This document shows, piece after piece, positions 1 through 9,461 of a stretch of DNA of 64,000 nt. The position numbers were made by a program, and so were the translations under genes. Source of the DNA: an uncultured virus (IMG/VR IMGVR_UViG_3300028388_003769). Its lineage: Duplodnaviria > Heunggongvirae > Uroviricota > Caudoviricetes. Below the pieces are notes generated by a model that was given only the letters and a program-made list of their open reading frames with translations, ran no database searches and had not been told where the DNA came from. Where the stretch lies: IMG/VR virus record IMGVR_UViG_3300028388_003769; one strand, 5' to 3'. Every line of letters begins with the position of its first letter. Position 1 is the first letter of the stretch.

Positions 1-135
1 ATTCATTAAGTCATCACTATCGAGTTCAACTGTAAAGATCTGAGATCCTTTCCATTTCCAAGCTTCGCCACCATCGTGCCATGCTTTGTTCTCTTCGTAG
101 CTGGTTTCGATTCTTACTTTTGTGTTGTTTAACAT
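1..135 (-). CDS. small hypothetical protein, 3' end outside window
   Basis: ATG at 135 (MLNNTKVRI...) just downstream of the repeated promoter unit at 148-193. Confidence 0.6.
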   Translation of the reverse strand, partial: MLNNTKVRIETSYEENKAWHDGGEAWKWKGSQIFTVELDSDDLMN

Positions 136-211
136 AACTGTGCTTTTTTAATTAACAATACTTAAAGATAAGGAATAGTCACTAACTTAGCAACTATTCC
201 TTAAATTAAAT

Positions 212-499
212 TTATAATGATATTTTTTCAACTATATAAAAGAAATCTTCATGATCATCAAACACTTTTTCATCATCAATAACTAAAGTATATTTTATAT
301 TTGCTTGTTTATAGACATCATATGTTATTGAAGTTTCTAATAGTTGTGAAAAAAAATCTTGAGCTTCTTTTTCACTCTCACACTCATGTTGAATAAAATT
401 CTCATAGAACACTTGAAGTAAAGACTTCTGTGTGACAAACTGTTTTACTTGTGTAAGATCTGGATTGTGAAGGTCAATTTTTATAACTTGTACTAACAT
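212..499 (-). CDS. hypothetical protein
   Basis: 95 aa ORF with own promoter unit; N-terminus (MLVQVIKI) resembles that of 4410..4640. Confidence 0.7.
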   Translation of the reverse strand: MLVQVIKIDLHNPDLTQVKQFVTQKSLLQVFYENFIQHECESEKEAQDFFSQLLETSITYDVYKQANIKYTLVIDDEKVFDDHEDFFYIVEKISL

Positions 500-603
500 A
501 ATAACTAAAATTTTAACTTTTTAACAATACTTAAAGATACAAATAAAAAAAGAGACAAGCAACTAAACTTGTCTCTAATTTTAATTTTTTAATGACTTTG
601 TAA

Positions 604-750
604 CTATTGTTTAATTTTTGTTTGATAGATTATAATGTTATTTTTGTCATCATAAATAACATCTGTAATCTCTAATTCTGTCAGTTCTAAATATTCTGAC
701 TTTTCATTTTCTTTACTGTACAGTTCAATCTCAATTCTTGTTTGTTTCAT
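604..750 (-). CDS. 48-aa hypothetical protein (not in ORF track)
   Basis: MKQTRIEIELYSKENEKSEYLELTELEITDVIYDDKNNIIIYQTKIKQ between two repeat units. Confidence 0.65.
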   Translation of the reverse strand: MKQTRIEIELYSKENEKSEYLELTELEITDVIYDDKNNIIIYQTKIKQ

Positions 751-853
751 AATTTCAAATAACTTTTTAACTTTTTAACAATACTTAAAGATACAAATAA
801 AAAAAGAGACAAGCAACTAAACTTGTCTCTAATTTTAACATTAAAAAAGTTTT

Positions 854-943
854 TTAAATAGCAATTGATTGTGCTATAAAATAAATAGCTGTATAAAGAA
901 GTGCAGCTAAGTAAATGCTCATAAAATAATCTCTTTTTGTCAT
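854..943 (-). CDS. 29-aa hydrophobic peptide (not in ORF track)
   Basis: MTKRDYFMSIYLAALLYTAIYFIAQSIAI between two repeat units. Confidence 0.55.
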   Translation of the reverse strand: MTKRDYFMSIYLAALLYTAIYFIAQSIAI

Positions 944-1042
944 AGTACTAAGTTTTAAATTAACAATACTTAAAGATACAAATAAAAAAAGAGACAAGCA
1001 ACTAAACTTGTCTCTAATTTGTTAAAAAGCTTGATATGAAAT

Positions 1043-1294
1043 TTAGTCTTCAAAAACTTTTGAATATACAACTAAAGGAGATATATTAATCACATAATTT
1101 TCAGGTTTTTTGTCTTTTACTACATACTTATGTCCAACAATATACTGACCTCCTCTATCTCCCTCCCAACACACATCCTTAAAGTGTTGATCTTTTAGTT
1201 GTTCAATAACATCATCAATAATATCATCAAAAATAGTTTCAAGATTTACTGTAATGGTTTCAACAAATTTTGTTTCATATTTAATCTTTGTCAT
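1043..1294 (-). CDS. hypothetical protein
   Basis: 83 aa ORF with own promoter unit. Confidence 0.7.
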   Translation of the reverse strand: MTKIKYETKFVETITVNLETIFDDIIDDVIEQLKDQHFKDVCWEGDRGGQYIVGHKYVVKDKKPENYVINISPLVVYSKVFED

Positions 1295-1364
1295 AACTTG
1301 TAGTGTTTTTTAATTAACAATACTTAAAGATACAAAATTATTTACAATTTAGCAACTTTAAAAA

Positions 1365-1613
1365 TTAAGATGAACATATTTCTTCACCTTCAATTTCCAT
1401 TCTCACATATCTTTCACCATCTTCTCTCAACATAACTTCTTCATCAGTTTCTTGATTATATATCCACAACCCATCATCATACTCATCCATATCAAACCTA
1501 CATCTTACACTAGTACTTTGAGACCCAAACCCACTATAAATTGTACAGAGAATCTCAATATCTAACTCATCATCAAAATTCTGGATATACTTTTTTAATT
1601 CTTTGATTTTCAT
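1365..1613 (-). CDS. acidic hypothetical protein
   Basis: 82 aa, MKIKELK..I.....E.DI phage-type N-terminus. Confidence 0.7.
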   Translation of the reverse strand: MKIKELKKYIQNFDDELDIEILCTIYSGFGSQSTSVRCRFDMDEYDDGLWIYNQETDEEVMLREDGERYVRMEIEGEEICSS

Positions 1614-1664
1614 AATTCTAAAATTTTTATTTAATTAACAATACCTAAATATACAAAATTATTT

Positions 1665-1973
1665 TCAATTTAACAACTCTAATCTAAATACTCTGTCATT
1701 AAATCCAGTTCGTTCTTCTTCCCACAAACGAACTTTTTTAACACTACCCTTCATAACAACTCTCACCACATCACCTTCTTGTAATTCATTTTCTAAGAAA
1801 TTAAGATACTCTTCAAACTTCTCATCATCTTCTTCATTCATAAACTCTTCCCAAATATCTGGATCAATACTCCAAGAACATGTATCCCATAATAATTTTT
1901 TTGTTCCTTTCCAGTTATTAGTCATTACCTCGTCACTATTAATGACAAAGGTTTCTTTATTGTAGTGTTTCAT
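1665..1973 (-). CDS. hypothetical protein
   Basis: 102 aa ORF with own promoter unit. Confidence 0.7.
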   Translation of the reverse strand: MKHYNKETFVINSDEVMTNNWKGTKKLLWDTCSWSIDPDIWEEFMNEEDDEKFEEYLNFLENELQEGDVVRVVMKGSVKKVRLWEEERTGFNDRVFRLELLN

Positions 1974-2010
1974 AATTATTATATTTGATTAACAATACCT
2001 AAATATACAA

Positions 2011-2358
2011 CTATTTACTAAAACCAACAACTTTTAATAAAAAAGATTTCAACATTTCATCAATATCCTTTTTACAAGTTATTAAATTTTGTGCTGTGTC
2101 ATTAATATAAGGTCCCCAAGTAAATTGTATTTTATCACCATACTCATTATAGTAATTACACCAACTTTGACCTCTGTCATAATAAAAACGATTAAATTTA
2201 AACCCAGACTTTCTAATACGACTTTTAATATAGCGTCTCATCTTTTCAAACTCTACAAAATTATCATACAGACTTGTTACAGTGGTGTCATTATTTTTAT
2301 CTTGAGAAACTAGGTTAAGTCCAATGTTTAAATTTAGATTGTGTGTTTTAAATTTCAT
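2011..2358 (-). CDS. hypothetical protein
   Basis: 115 aa ORF with own promoter unit. Confidence 0.7.
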   Translation of the reverse strand: MKFKTHNLNLNIGLNLVSQDKNNDTTVTSLYDNFVEFEKMRRYIKSRIRKSGFKFNRFYYDRGQSWCNYYNEYGDKIQFTWGPYINDTAQNLITCKKDIDEMLKSFLLKVVGFSK

Positions 2359-2415
2359 AACTTATATATTAAATTAACAATACCTAAATATACAATAAAT
2401 ATTCATATTTTCAAA

Positions 2416-2811
2416 CTATTTTACATAGCTATTATTAAAATACTTTTCTCTATTTAATGAAGTGTCACACCATTCATTTAACCTATTAAACTCATCTTGT
2501 AGTGCTTGTAGTTTGGTTTTTGCTTTTTTTAATTGAAAAGGATGTATTATGGTAAATCCATTATGATACCATTTTCTTCTTGATGAATAAGGAGGCCATA
2601 TAGCATAAACACTATTTAATAAATCATAATGTTTACTACATGTAGGATTAAATAACTCTATATACTCATCATGATTCTCACCATGATACGTTAATATGTG
2701 ATTTAACACAACCAACTTAGTGTGATGGTAGGATAGTCTAGCATCTACATTAACTCTACTATACTCTCCTAATAGTTCGTTTTTATCTTTGTCACACAAA
2801 TACATTATCAT
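2416..2811 (-). CDS. hypothetical protein (start probably at MIMYL)
   Basis: track start at 2859 lies inside the promoter unit; first ATG downstream of it chosen. Confidence 0.6.
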   Translation of the reverse strand: MIMYLCDKDKNELLGEYSRVNVDARLSYHHTKLVVLNHILTYHGENHDEYIELFNPTCSKHYDLLNSVYAIWPPYSSRRKWYHNGFTIIHPFQLKKAKTKLQALQDEFNRLNEWCDTSLNREKYFNNSYVK

Positions 2812-2892
2812 TTTAGTACTATTTTTGATTATAGTATAAAGATAAGGAACAGTTACCAATTTAGCAACTATTCCTTAATAAAAAACTACCGA

Positions 2893-3249
2893 CTATTTGT
2901 CAGTAGTTGCTTCTTGCTGTACTTTCCAATCAAGAACCATTTGGTCGAGCTTGTCTGTATCTGAGGCAGCTATTATCTGCTTCCAATATTTTCTCATGGA
3001 TTTCTTAACATAAACCATTTGTCGTTCTGTTAACGACCCTCTTCTCAAATACTGTTTAGCAAGTGAGGTGAAAAAGTTACCATCTGTGCCAGTAAACCCA
3101 ACTCCATTATCGTGTGAAGTGTGTTCTTGATTCTGCTCATCAACTGTCTGGTTTTCAAACACAACTACAAGAGCTCGTAATGCCCATCTTGAATCGTTCT
3201 GGAGTTTCTGTCTAACGAAATTTTTGCGATCTTTTTTGTAAACTTTCAT
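2893..3249 (-). CDS. conserved-looking phage hypothetical protein (start at MKVYK)
   Basis: QTxDEQ...NGVGF..D..F.TSLA.Q motif; track start overlaps the promoter unit. Confidence 0.7.
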   Translation of the reverse strand: MKVYKKDRKNFVRQKLQNDSRWALRALVVVFENQTVDEQNQEHTSHDNGVGFTGTDGNFFTSLAKQYLRRGSLTERQMVYVKKSMRKYWKQIIAASDTDKLDQMVLDWKVQQEATTDK

Positions 3250-3358
3250 AACTTCTTTTTTGTTTTCTTTCAATACTATAAAGATAAGGAATAGCCACCG
3301 ACTTAGCAACTATTCCTCCAAAAAAAAGTTAAAAAAAGTTATATTTTTTACTTACTAA

Positions 3359-3808
3359 TTACTGTTTTATATATAGTTTGGTTGGTATGTTGTTTTTCAA
3401 TAATTCTTTTATTAAATCATCATAATAATCACCACATATACCATTATAACTACCTCTCTCCCTCATAACATCTTTCAACCTATCACTACATACATCAACC
3501 AATACTAACTCATACTCTTCATGAATACTATAAGTAATATAGACATCGTCAATTGCAAATTCATCAATCTTTACACCATCCCACAACTCATCATCACTTA
3601 AAATCTTATCATTACTTCCAAACCAGTCATTTAAATACACTCTTCTCTCACCATTCAACAACACACTTTTTAACACACCCTCAAACTCATCAATACTCTC
3701 AAAAAACTTTCCAACAACATTAATAAATGTATTACCATATATAATTGTATCAGGCCTTACATCTATCTCACCATCATTCCATAATTTAAAACAAAAATAC
3801 TTCTTCAT
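3359..3808 (-). CDS. hypothetical protein
   Basis: 149 aa ORF with own promoter unit. Confidence 0.7.
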   Translation of the reverse strand: MKKYFCFKLWNDGEIDVRPDTIIYGNTFINVVGKFFESIDEFEGVLKSVLLNGERRVYLNDWFGSNDKILSDDELWDGVKIDEFAIDDVYITYSIHEEYELVLVDVCSDRLKDVMRERGSYNGICGDYYDDLIKELLKNNIPTKLYIKQ

Positions 3809-3883
3809 AACTTATCTTTATAATTAACAATATCTAAATATACAAATAATAATTTTATTTTCAAACTATTTCATTAAATTATT

Positions 3884-4108
3884 TTACTCTTCTTCATATT
3901 CTTCAAACTCAACTTCCCACACTCTCTTTTTCACAACAATACCACAAAACATCTCAAAACCAGTACCATTATCTTTATGCATCTCAACAAAACTACCTCC
4001 CTCTCCAAACATCTCATTCATCTCCATAAAATGAACTAAACTTCTCTCTTCTTGTTCATTTTCAAATTTTACTTCTAACAAACCGTAATCTAATTCTTTA
4101 ATTTTCAT
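3884..4108 (-). CDS. acidic hypothetical protein
   Basis: 74 aa ORF with own promoter unit. Confidence 0.7.
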   Translation of the reverse strand: MKIKELDYGLLEVKFENEQEERSLVHFMEMNEMFGEGGSFVEMHKDNGTGFEMFCGIVVKKRVWEVEFEEYEEE

Positions 4109-4191
4109 AACTATCTTTTTAATTAATCAATACTTAAAGATACAAATAAAAAAAGAGACAAGCAACTAAACTTATCTCTAAAATAAAAAAA

Positions 4192-4362
4192 TCAAACTGT
4201 TTTCATCCTAAATTATACCATAATTATTGCTTTTAATGCTTGTTTATATCCCTCTATATAAGCATTGCAGTATTTTTTAGCGTCAATAACATCACGCTCG
4301 TCATATTCTTTGGGGTTCTCTATTACCCATTTAGCTTGTAAATATTTCTCTGTATGTACCAT
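4192..4362 (-). CDS. 56-aa hypothetical protein (not in ORF track)
   Basis: MVHTEKYLQAKW... open frame between two promoter units. Confidence 0.6.
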
Positions 4363-4409
4363 AATATAATGTTTTTTAATTAACAATACTTAAAGATACA
4401 AAAAACAAT

Positions 4410-4640
4410 TTAAACTTCTAACTTTATTGAATATTTTTCCAAAATATCTTTTACTCTATCCAACCTAAACAAATGTCCATTATCCAAACCATCTTCCAAA
4501 TCAATATCCGTTCCTCCAGACCATTCATAATTAACTTCTTCTATAATATCATATAAGATATCGTCTTCTTGTTCTGACTCTGGAAAAAGGTGGACTAGTT
4601 TTACAGAACTGTTGGAAATTTTAATAATATTTACTAACAT
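4410..4640 (-). CDS. hypothetical protein
   Basis: 76 aa ORF with own promoter unit. Confidence 0.7.
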   Translation of the reverse strand: MLVNIIKISNSSVKLVHLFPESEQEDDILYDIIEEVNYEWSGGTDIDLEDGLDNGHLFRLDRVKDILEKYSIKLEV

Positions 4641-4731
4641 GATTTCTATTTTTAATTAACAATACTTTTAAATATACAAATAAAAAAAGAGACTAGCAAC
4701 TTTTTACTAATCTCTTTTAAAGTGAAAGCTT

Positions 4732-5064
4732 TTATTTGCTTTTTTCAGGAAGATCACCTACAAAAAATCTCGTAACAGTTTCGTTTAATGCCCATCTTGA
4801 ATAGTGTCGATAATCAAATACATCACCATCAACTTTATAATCTGAATTTAGAACTGTTTGATTTATGTGTGATAATTGTTTGTTGTGTTTTTTGAGTTCT
4901 GAAGATAAATTTCTAACAAATAAACTAGTTAATGATGGATTATAACCAACAAACTTAACACTAACTAAACCATTTTCACGACCATCTGAATAAGTAACAT
5001 AATCATTTGTAAAATCTGAATCGGTTTTTTGTAATGCTTTTCTTAATACAGTTGTCTTTTTCAT
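4732..5064 (-). CDS. hypothetical protein
   Basis: 110 aa ORF with own promoter unit. Confidence 0.7.
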   Translation of the reverse strand: MKKTTVLRKALQKTDSDFTNDYVTYSDGRENGLVSVKFVGYNPSLTSLFVRNLSSELKKHNKQLSHINQTVLNSDYKVDGDVFDYRHYSRWALNETVTRFFVGDLPEKSK

Positions 5065-5150
5065 ATTTCAAATAACTTTTAATTAACAATACCTAAATAT
5101 ACAACTTTATAACTAAACTACCAAACATTTGTATGTTTTTATTTAAAGTT

Positions 5151-5180
5151 TTGTTTTTTAAATAAAAAGTAGTATCTTTA
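5151..5180 (+). promoter_or_regulatory. plus-strand Bacteroidota-type promoter
   Basis: TTG-N19-TATCTTTA pointing at the 78-bp element. Confidence 0.55.
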
Positions 5181-5228
5181 CCAATTCAGTATTTATTATA
5201 CATATTAGATACTTATGATCATAATATA

Positions 5229-5306
5229 CAATCCACTTTTCCTTATAAACACCAACTTGGCCAAACACGCAAATTAACCCTCCACATGCGTGCGTCCTTA
5301 TAACAC
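5229..5306 (+). repeat. 78-bp non-coding element, copy 1
   Basis: CAATCCACTTTT-N10-ACCAACTTGGCCAAACACGC-...-TCCTTATAACAC; ungapped match to 10255-10332 and 11301-11378. Confidence 0.85.
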
Positions 5307-5310
5307 ATTG

Positions 5311-5517
5311 CTAGTTAATCAACCCCTCATCGTCGTGTCTATATAGATCATAGCCGATCCGTCCAACGTAGAACAGCATAAGCAGCACAAGTGCAAGCAC
5401 AACCAACTTAGCAAACAGCACTTCTGGTCCTGACAGCAACATAAACAGTCCAATAAACACCATATTAATGAGAGCTGAGAGTAGTGCTAGAGCTAAAGTT
5501 ACTGATTTTGTATACAT
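5311..5517 (-). CDS. small membrane protein (2 TM)
   Basis: two hydrophobic segments in 68 aa. Confidence 0.7.
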   Translation of the reverse strand: MYTKSVTLALALLSALINMVFIGLFMLLSGPEVLFAKLVVLALVLLMLFYVGRIGYDLYRHDDEGLIN

Positions 5518-5608
5518 AATTTATTTGTTGTGTATTACTATTTTTTTGTTTTCTAATATTTGTTAGTTAGTATAACTTAGTAGGTAGCAATGGCTGATTT
5601 AGAATTAA

Positions 5609-5639
5609 AATTAGACAGGTACAATGTACCTGTCTAATT
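5609..5639. terminator. perfect inverted repeat downstream of DUF932 gene
   Basis: aattagacaggtaca-a-tgtacctgtctaatt. Confidence 0.7.
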
Positions 5640-5648
5640 GTTGTTGGC

Positions 5649-6482
5649 CTAAGAAATCACCTCATACTCAGGAATGATAATTTCATTCATTTTTGGAAAC
5701 AGCAGACTATTAATCTTTTGTTCTGTGTTAGGATTTCTAATTGCTTTAGCTTTCTTGAATTTGTCTCTACCTTCACGTCTGTATTGGTAGCCTCCATTAA
5801 TTACTTTCTCTTGCAGTCTATTAAAGACCATCCAAGCATCGTCACCTTTGTCTTGTGGTCTTTCTGGAGCCAGCATTGATTCAGTATCAACTGCAAACTG
5901 GTTACGATCAAAACGATTACCCCAAATTGCTTCTTGTCTTAAACATGCAAACTCCAAAGCAAGTTTAGCCTGCAGCTCATCATCTATACTCGTATCTCTA
6001 TACTTAGTGATTACTTCACCAATACGTGGAACGGCTTCAAGATACTCATCAATTTTTTCAACTGCTTCCGTTACACCTTCTAAGTGTTTGTTCGAGATGT
6101 TGGTTACGTTACCAATTGATCCGAACACCATTCTATTCTCACAAGCTGATCTAAACAATCCAGCAATAACTGTAAGGGCTGACAGTCCGTCATAGGAATT
6201 ACTCATAAGAATTCTTGCATATGTGTCACCATTGACTTTGATGTCTGGGTTTACAAAACTCATTACGTGCTTTTTATAAGGTTCAACTTTCGAACTGTAC
6301 GGACCAGACAACTTCTCCATATAGAATCCCTCATCTAAGATTGATGGAAGCACGTCAAGAGTGTTAACAACAGTGTAACGATTAGAGGTTCTCTCTGCAG
6401 CCTTTCCATGAGGTAGGCTTTTAAGCAATTCAACATTAGTTTTGTGATTGCTGACTAATTCTGATTTAAAATTTTTGTTCAT
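5649..6482 (-). CDS. DUF932/DUF945-family phage/plasmid protein
   Basis: NSYDG.SA....AGLFR..C.N.M and W..FNRLQE motifs. Confidence 0.85.
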   Translation of the reverse strand: MNKNFKSELVSNHKTNVELLKSLPHGKAAERTSNRYTVVNTLDVLPSILDEGFYMEKLSGPYSSKVEPYKKHVMSFVNPDIKVNGDTYARILMSNSYDGLSALTVIAGLFRSACENRMVFGSIGNVTNISNKHLEGVTEAVEKIDEYLEAVPRIGEVITKYRDTSIDDELQAKLALEFACLRQEAIWGNRFDRNQFAVDTESMLAPERPQDKGDDAWMVFNRLQEKVINGGYQYRREGRDKFKKAKAIRNPNTEQKINSLLFPKMNEIIIPEYEVIS

Positions 6483-6569
6483 AACTTTTAATGTTTTTTG
6501 ATTATCTAATACTTAAAGATAAGAAATAGTTACCAACTTAGCAACTATTTCTTAAATTTAATTTTTATT

Positions 6570-6881
6570 TTAATAGCCCAAACCCAATTTCTGAGCCTGA
6601 TCTGTCAATTTCTGCAACTGCTTTTTTCTTTTACATTTGTCGCATAGTTGTTCGTTTCCTTCTACAACATCTGATAAAATTGACAGTGCTTCATCTATCT
6701 GACGACGTTCTTCTTGAAGGTTTAATACTACTTCTAATACCGTATCTGCAGCATATTGATCTATTTCTTTTTCTTTATATACGTATGAGGATACGCCAGG
6801 AGCCGCCTCAATCGGCATTTGTTTAAGTAGGTAATCCATTTCAGTCTTACGTTTATTAAGGATATCTATTACTTTCTTCAT
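6570..6881 (-). CDS. hypothetical protein (start at MKKVI)
   Basis: ORF downstream of promoter unit; C-terminal CxxC and LTDQAQKLGLGY. Confidence 0.65.
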   Translation of the reverse strand: MKKVIDILNKRKTEMDYLLKQMPIEAAPGVSSYVYKEKEIDQYAADTVLEVVLNLQEERRQIDEALSILSDVVEGNEQLCDKCKRKKQLQKLTDQAQKLGLGY

Positions 6882-6963
6882 AATATAATGTTTTTTAATT
6901 AACAACACTTAAAGATAACGAATAGTTACCAACTTAGCAACTATTCGTTAATAAAAGTTTCAA

Positions 6964-7398
6964 TTATATGCTATGGTTTATTTCAAAAGTACCGTATTGA
7001 TTTACAATCTTACTAAGAGTACCGTACTTTTTAATTAACTCATCTTTAAATTCCCCGATGTCTTCAAATTCGTATCCTTTGTACGGACCAAAAAACCACC
7101 TACCATCAGTAAGCGTTTCCCACAAATCACCAAAACAATCGCATTCAAAAATCTGTTTAGAAAATTCCGCCAAATCACATAAAAAACTATATGTGAAGCT
7201 AGAAAGATCTGTTGGTTTCATTGTTGTGTTGGGATCTTGTTCTTTGTGCTTAATAATGTTAGCATTGTCAACTTTAAGATCATGTATAACGTTTTTATAC
7301 GTATCAAATTGATACTGTATAGCATCGTATAAAAATGCTTCCAAATCAACATCATAATTCACGAAATTTTTAATTACTGTGTCTTTCAAAACTTTCAT
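6964..7398 (-). CDS. hypothetical protein
   Basis: 144 aa ORF with own promoter unit. Confidence 0.7.
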   Translation of the reverse strand: MKVLKDTVIKNFVNYDVDLEAFLYDAIQYQFDTYKNVIHDLKVDNANIIKHKEQDPNTTMKPTDLSSFTYSFLCDLAEFSKQIFECDCFGDLWETLTDGRWFFGPYKGYEFEDIGEFKDELIKKYGTLSKIVNQYGTFEINHSI

Positions 7399-7514
7399 AA
7401 CTTGTAGTGTTTTTTAATTAACAATACTTAAAGATACAAAATTATTTACAATTTAGCAACTCTAATCTAAATATTCTGTCATCACAAAATCCAGTTCGCT
7501 GATAGCAAAAACGA

Positions 7515-8118
7515 TTACCAAACTTTCCACTCTTCTGCCTCTTTTTTTGTCAGGAAAAAGTGTATTCCATGACTACAGTCGTTTTTAAAATCATTACAGT
7601 ACTTATCAGGATACGTTATTTTTCCTTCTTCATATACTGTCTTCCTGTCAACGGGTCTAAGACCCGTTACGGGATTCATAGAATGCGTTTTGCCTTTATC
7701 ATTATATACTTTTATAACACGAACAAACTCTGCTCGACACTTTCTGTTAACCAAGCAAGCTGTTCTTAATGCATTGTCAGGAACTAACATCTTAACCAAC
7801 ACACCAGACTTATTCCCCCACACTATTAAACTTCCGCTTTGTGGAATTTGGAAATGTGGTAACTTAGCATCCCTTTCCGCTTTGTGGAATTTGGAAATGT
7901 GGTAACTTAGCATCCCTCAAGTTAGCATCCCTCAAATCAGCACCCCTCAAGTTAGCATACCTCAAGTTAGCATCCTTCAAGTCAGCATACCTCAAGTTAG
8001 CACTCATCAAGTCAGCATACTTCAAATCAGCACCCATCAAGTCAGTATCCTTCAAATCAGCACCCCTCAAGTTAGCATATCTCCGGTCAACATCCTTCAA
8101 ATTTTTTGTAGTAGTCAT
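7515..8118 (-). pseudogene. pentapeptide-repeat protein with DUF5758-like C-terminal domain, frameshifted by a 43-bp tandem duplication
   Basis: A(D/N)L(R/K)x repeats; KCRAEFVRV...YEEG....PD......CSHGIHFFLT; removing one 43-bp copy gives a single 186-aa ORF. Confidence 0.85.
7832..7917. repeat. perfect 43-bp tandem duplication
   Basis: ttccgctttgtggaatttggaaatgtggtaacttagcatccct x2. Confidence 0.95.
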
Positions 8119-8195
8119 AGTTCTAAAATTTTTATTTAATTAACAATACTTAAAGATACAAATTAATTTGCAAACTAGCAACAAAAATTAAACAC

Positions 8196-8238
8196 AAAAA
8201 AAAGAGACTGTTAACCGGGCGGTTAAATCAGCCTCTCT
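8196..8238 (-). terminator. intrinsic terminator
   Basis: interrupted stem AGAGAGGCTG.../...CAGTCTCT followed by a T-run on minus strand. Confidence 0.65.
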
Positions 8239-8257
8239 CATTGTTAATCAAAAATAG

Positions 8258-8461
8258 TTATGAAGTTGCTCTTAGTGTGTTGGTTGGTTTTATATCTGAA
8301 GCTTTGTAACCTATAAATACACTTCCTTTTTCATCACGAATGTCGTACAATGTTGTGTTGTTTGATTTAACAATGTGTGTAATCTCTCCAAAAAAATAAT
8401 TATCTGAAACTATTTCGGGAGGTCTAAATATAACTTGGTCTTTAACTTTATACTTTTTCAT
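8258..8461 (-). CDS. small hypothetical protein (SH3/Tudor-like pattern)
   Basis: 67 aa, KYKVKDQV...GEIT.I......LYDI. Confidence 0.65.
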   Translation of the reverse strand: MKKYKVKDQVIFRPPEIVSDNYFFGEITHIVKSNNTTLYDIRDEKGSVFIGYKASDIKPTNTLRATS

Positions 8462-8528
8462 AACTTATGTTTTAATTAATGAATGTTTTAAATATACAGA
8501 TTAATGTTGTGATTTGCAACTACAAACC

Positions 8529-8726
8529 CTAATTTTTGTAGGATTTGTAATTTTTATGCTCTGAAATCATAACAAATGCAACGATACTAGCAAAGCTCGA
8601 AGCCATAGCACCAACACACTCACTACACCCTAGAAAAGCTCCGTGCATATGAATTGCATGATACATAACTACTCCCAATCCTGCACATGCAATAACCATA
8701 AAAGTAAATAAGATAAGATTTTTCAT
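8529..8726 (-). CDS. small membrane protein
   Basis: two hydrophobic segments. Confidence 0.65.
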   Translation of the reverse strand: MKNLILFTFMVIACAGLGVVMYHAIHMHGAFLGCSECVGAMASSFASIVAFVMISEHKNYKSYKN

Positions 8727-8780
8727 AAAATTAATAATTTTTATTTTTTAATTAGGAATTATAAATATACAACTTTTTTA

Positions 8781-9371
8781 TTAGTCTTGCAACGTTTTAG
8801 CTGTATATTTTTTAAAATATTGTGGATAAGCATCCTGTAAAAGCTGATCCGGATTGTTAATAACGAACTGTAATACTTTCTCTGACCACGTGTTGTATGT
8901 ATCATACTCTAATTGATCAAAGAGTACTTCAACTGTTCCATTATCGTCAACAACAGACTGTTCTAGGAAGAACCTAAACTGTGAATCATCAACATACTGT
9001 TCTACGAAATTCAACAAATCATCCCAGTACAGCGATAGACATATAGAATCTTGATCTAACTCTTCTTCATCTTCGCAAACACCAGCTCCTCCACAAGAAT
9101 CACACTCACACTCCTCACCATCATACCCTTCACACCATCCACTTCCACCACAATCCCAGCAAGTATATGTACACTCTTTCCACTCCATATCAAGGAGGTT
9201 GCAGTTTCCATTATTGGCGTATTCGTGTATAAATCTTCCAACAACCCTCACCAACTCACCATTGACTGTCTCTGCACATCCGCTTGATGGTACTAAGTCT
9301 TTCCATAAAGCATCAAACAGATCTGACTTTGGGTGTTCAGAGTCCCATCCTAATAATTTATTACTTTTCAT
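8781..9371 (-). CDS. hypothetical protein with DnaJ-like zinc-finger insert
   Basis: CWDCGGSG...CDSCGGAG (two CxxCxGxG) inside a LVP.SG..ET..GELVR...YANNGN domain. Confidence 0.75.
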   Translation of the reverse strand: MKSNKLLGWDSEHPKSDLFDALWKDLVPSSGCAETVNGELVRVVGRFIHEYANNGNCNLLDMEWKECTYTCWDCGGSGWCEGYDGEECECDSCGGAGVCEDEEELDQDSICLSLYWDDLLNFVEQYVDDSQFRFFLEQSVVDDNGTVEVLFDQLEYDTYNTWSEKVLQFVINNPDQLLQDAYPQYFKKYTAKTLQD

Positions 9372-9461
9372 AACTAATGATTTTAATTAACAATACTTAA
9401 AGATACAGAAGTGTTTTCGATTTAGCAACTATTCTATCTATTTTTTTTCAATAATATAATC

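Larger units (their letters stand above)
521..1017. repeat. three identical ~58-bp terminator+promoter units (521-578, 775-832, 960-1017); related copies near 4127 and 4656
   Basis: ttaacaatacttaaagatacaaataaaaaaagagacaagcaactaaacttgtctctaa; minus strand gives stem AGAGACAAG/CTTGTCTCT followed by a T-run. Confidence 0.9.

Noticed and set aside
7918..8100. 15-bp tandem DNA repeat as a regulatory element
   Set aside because: Explained by pentapeptide-repeat coding.
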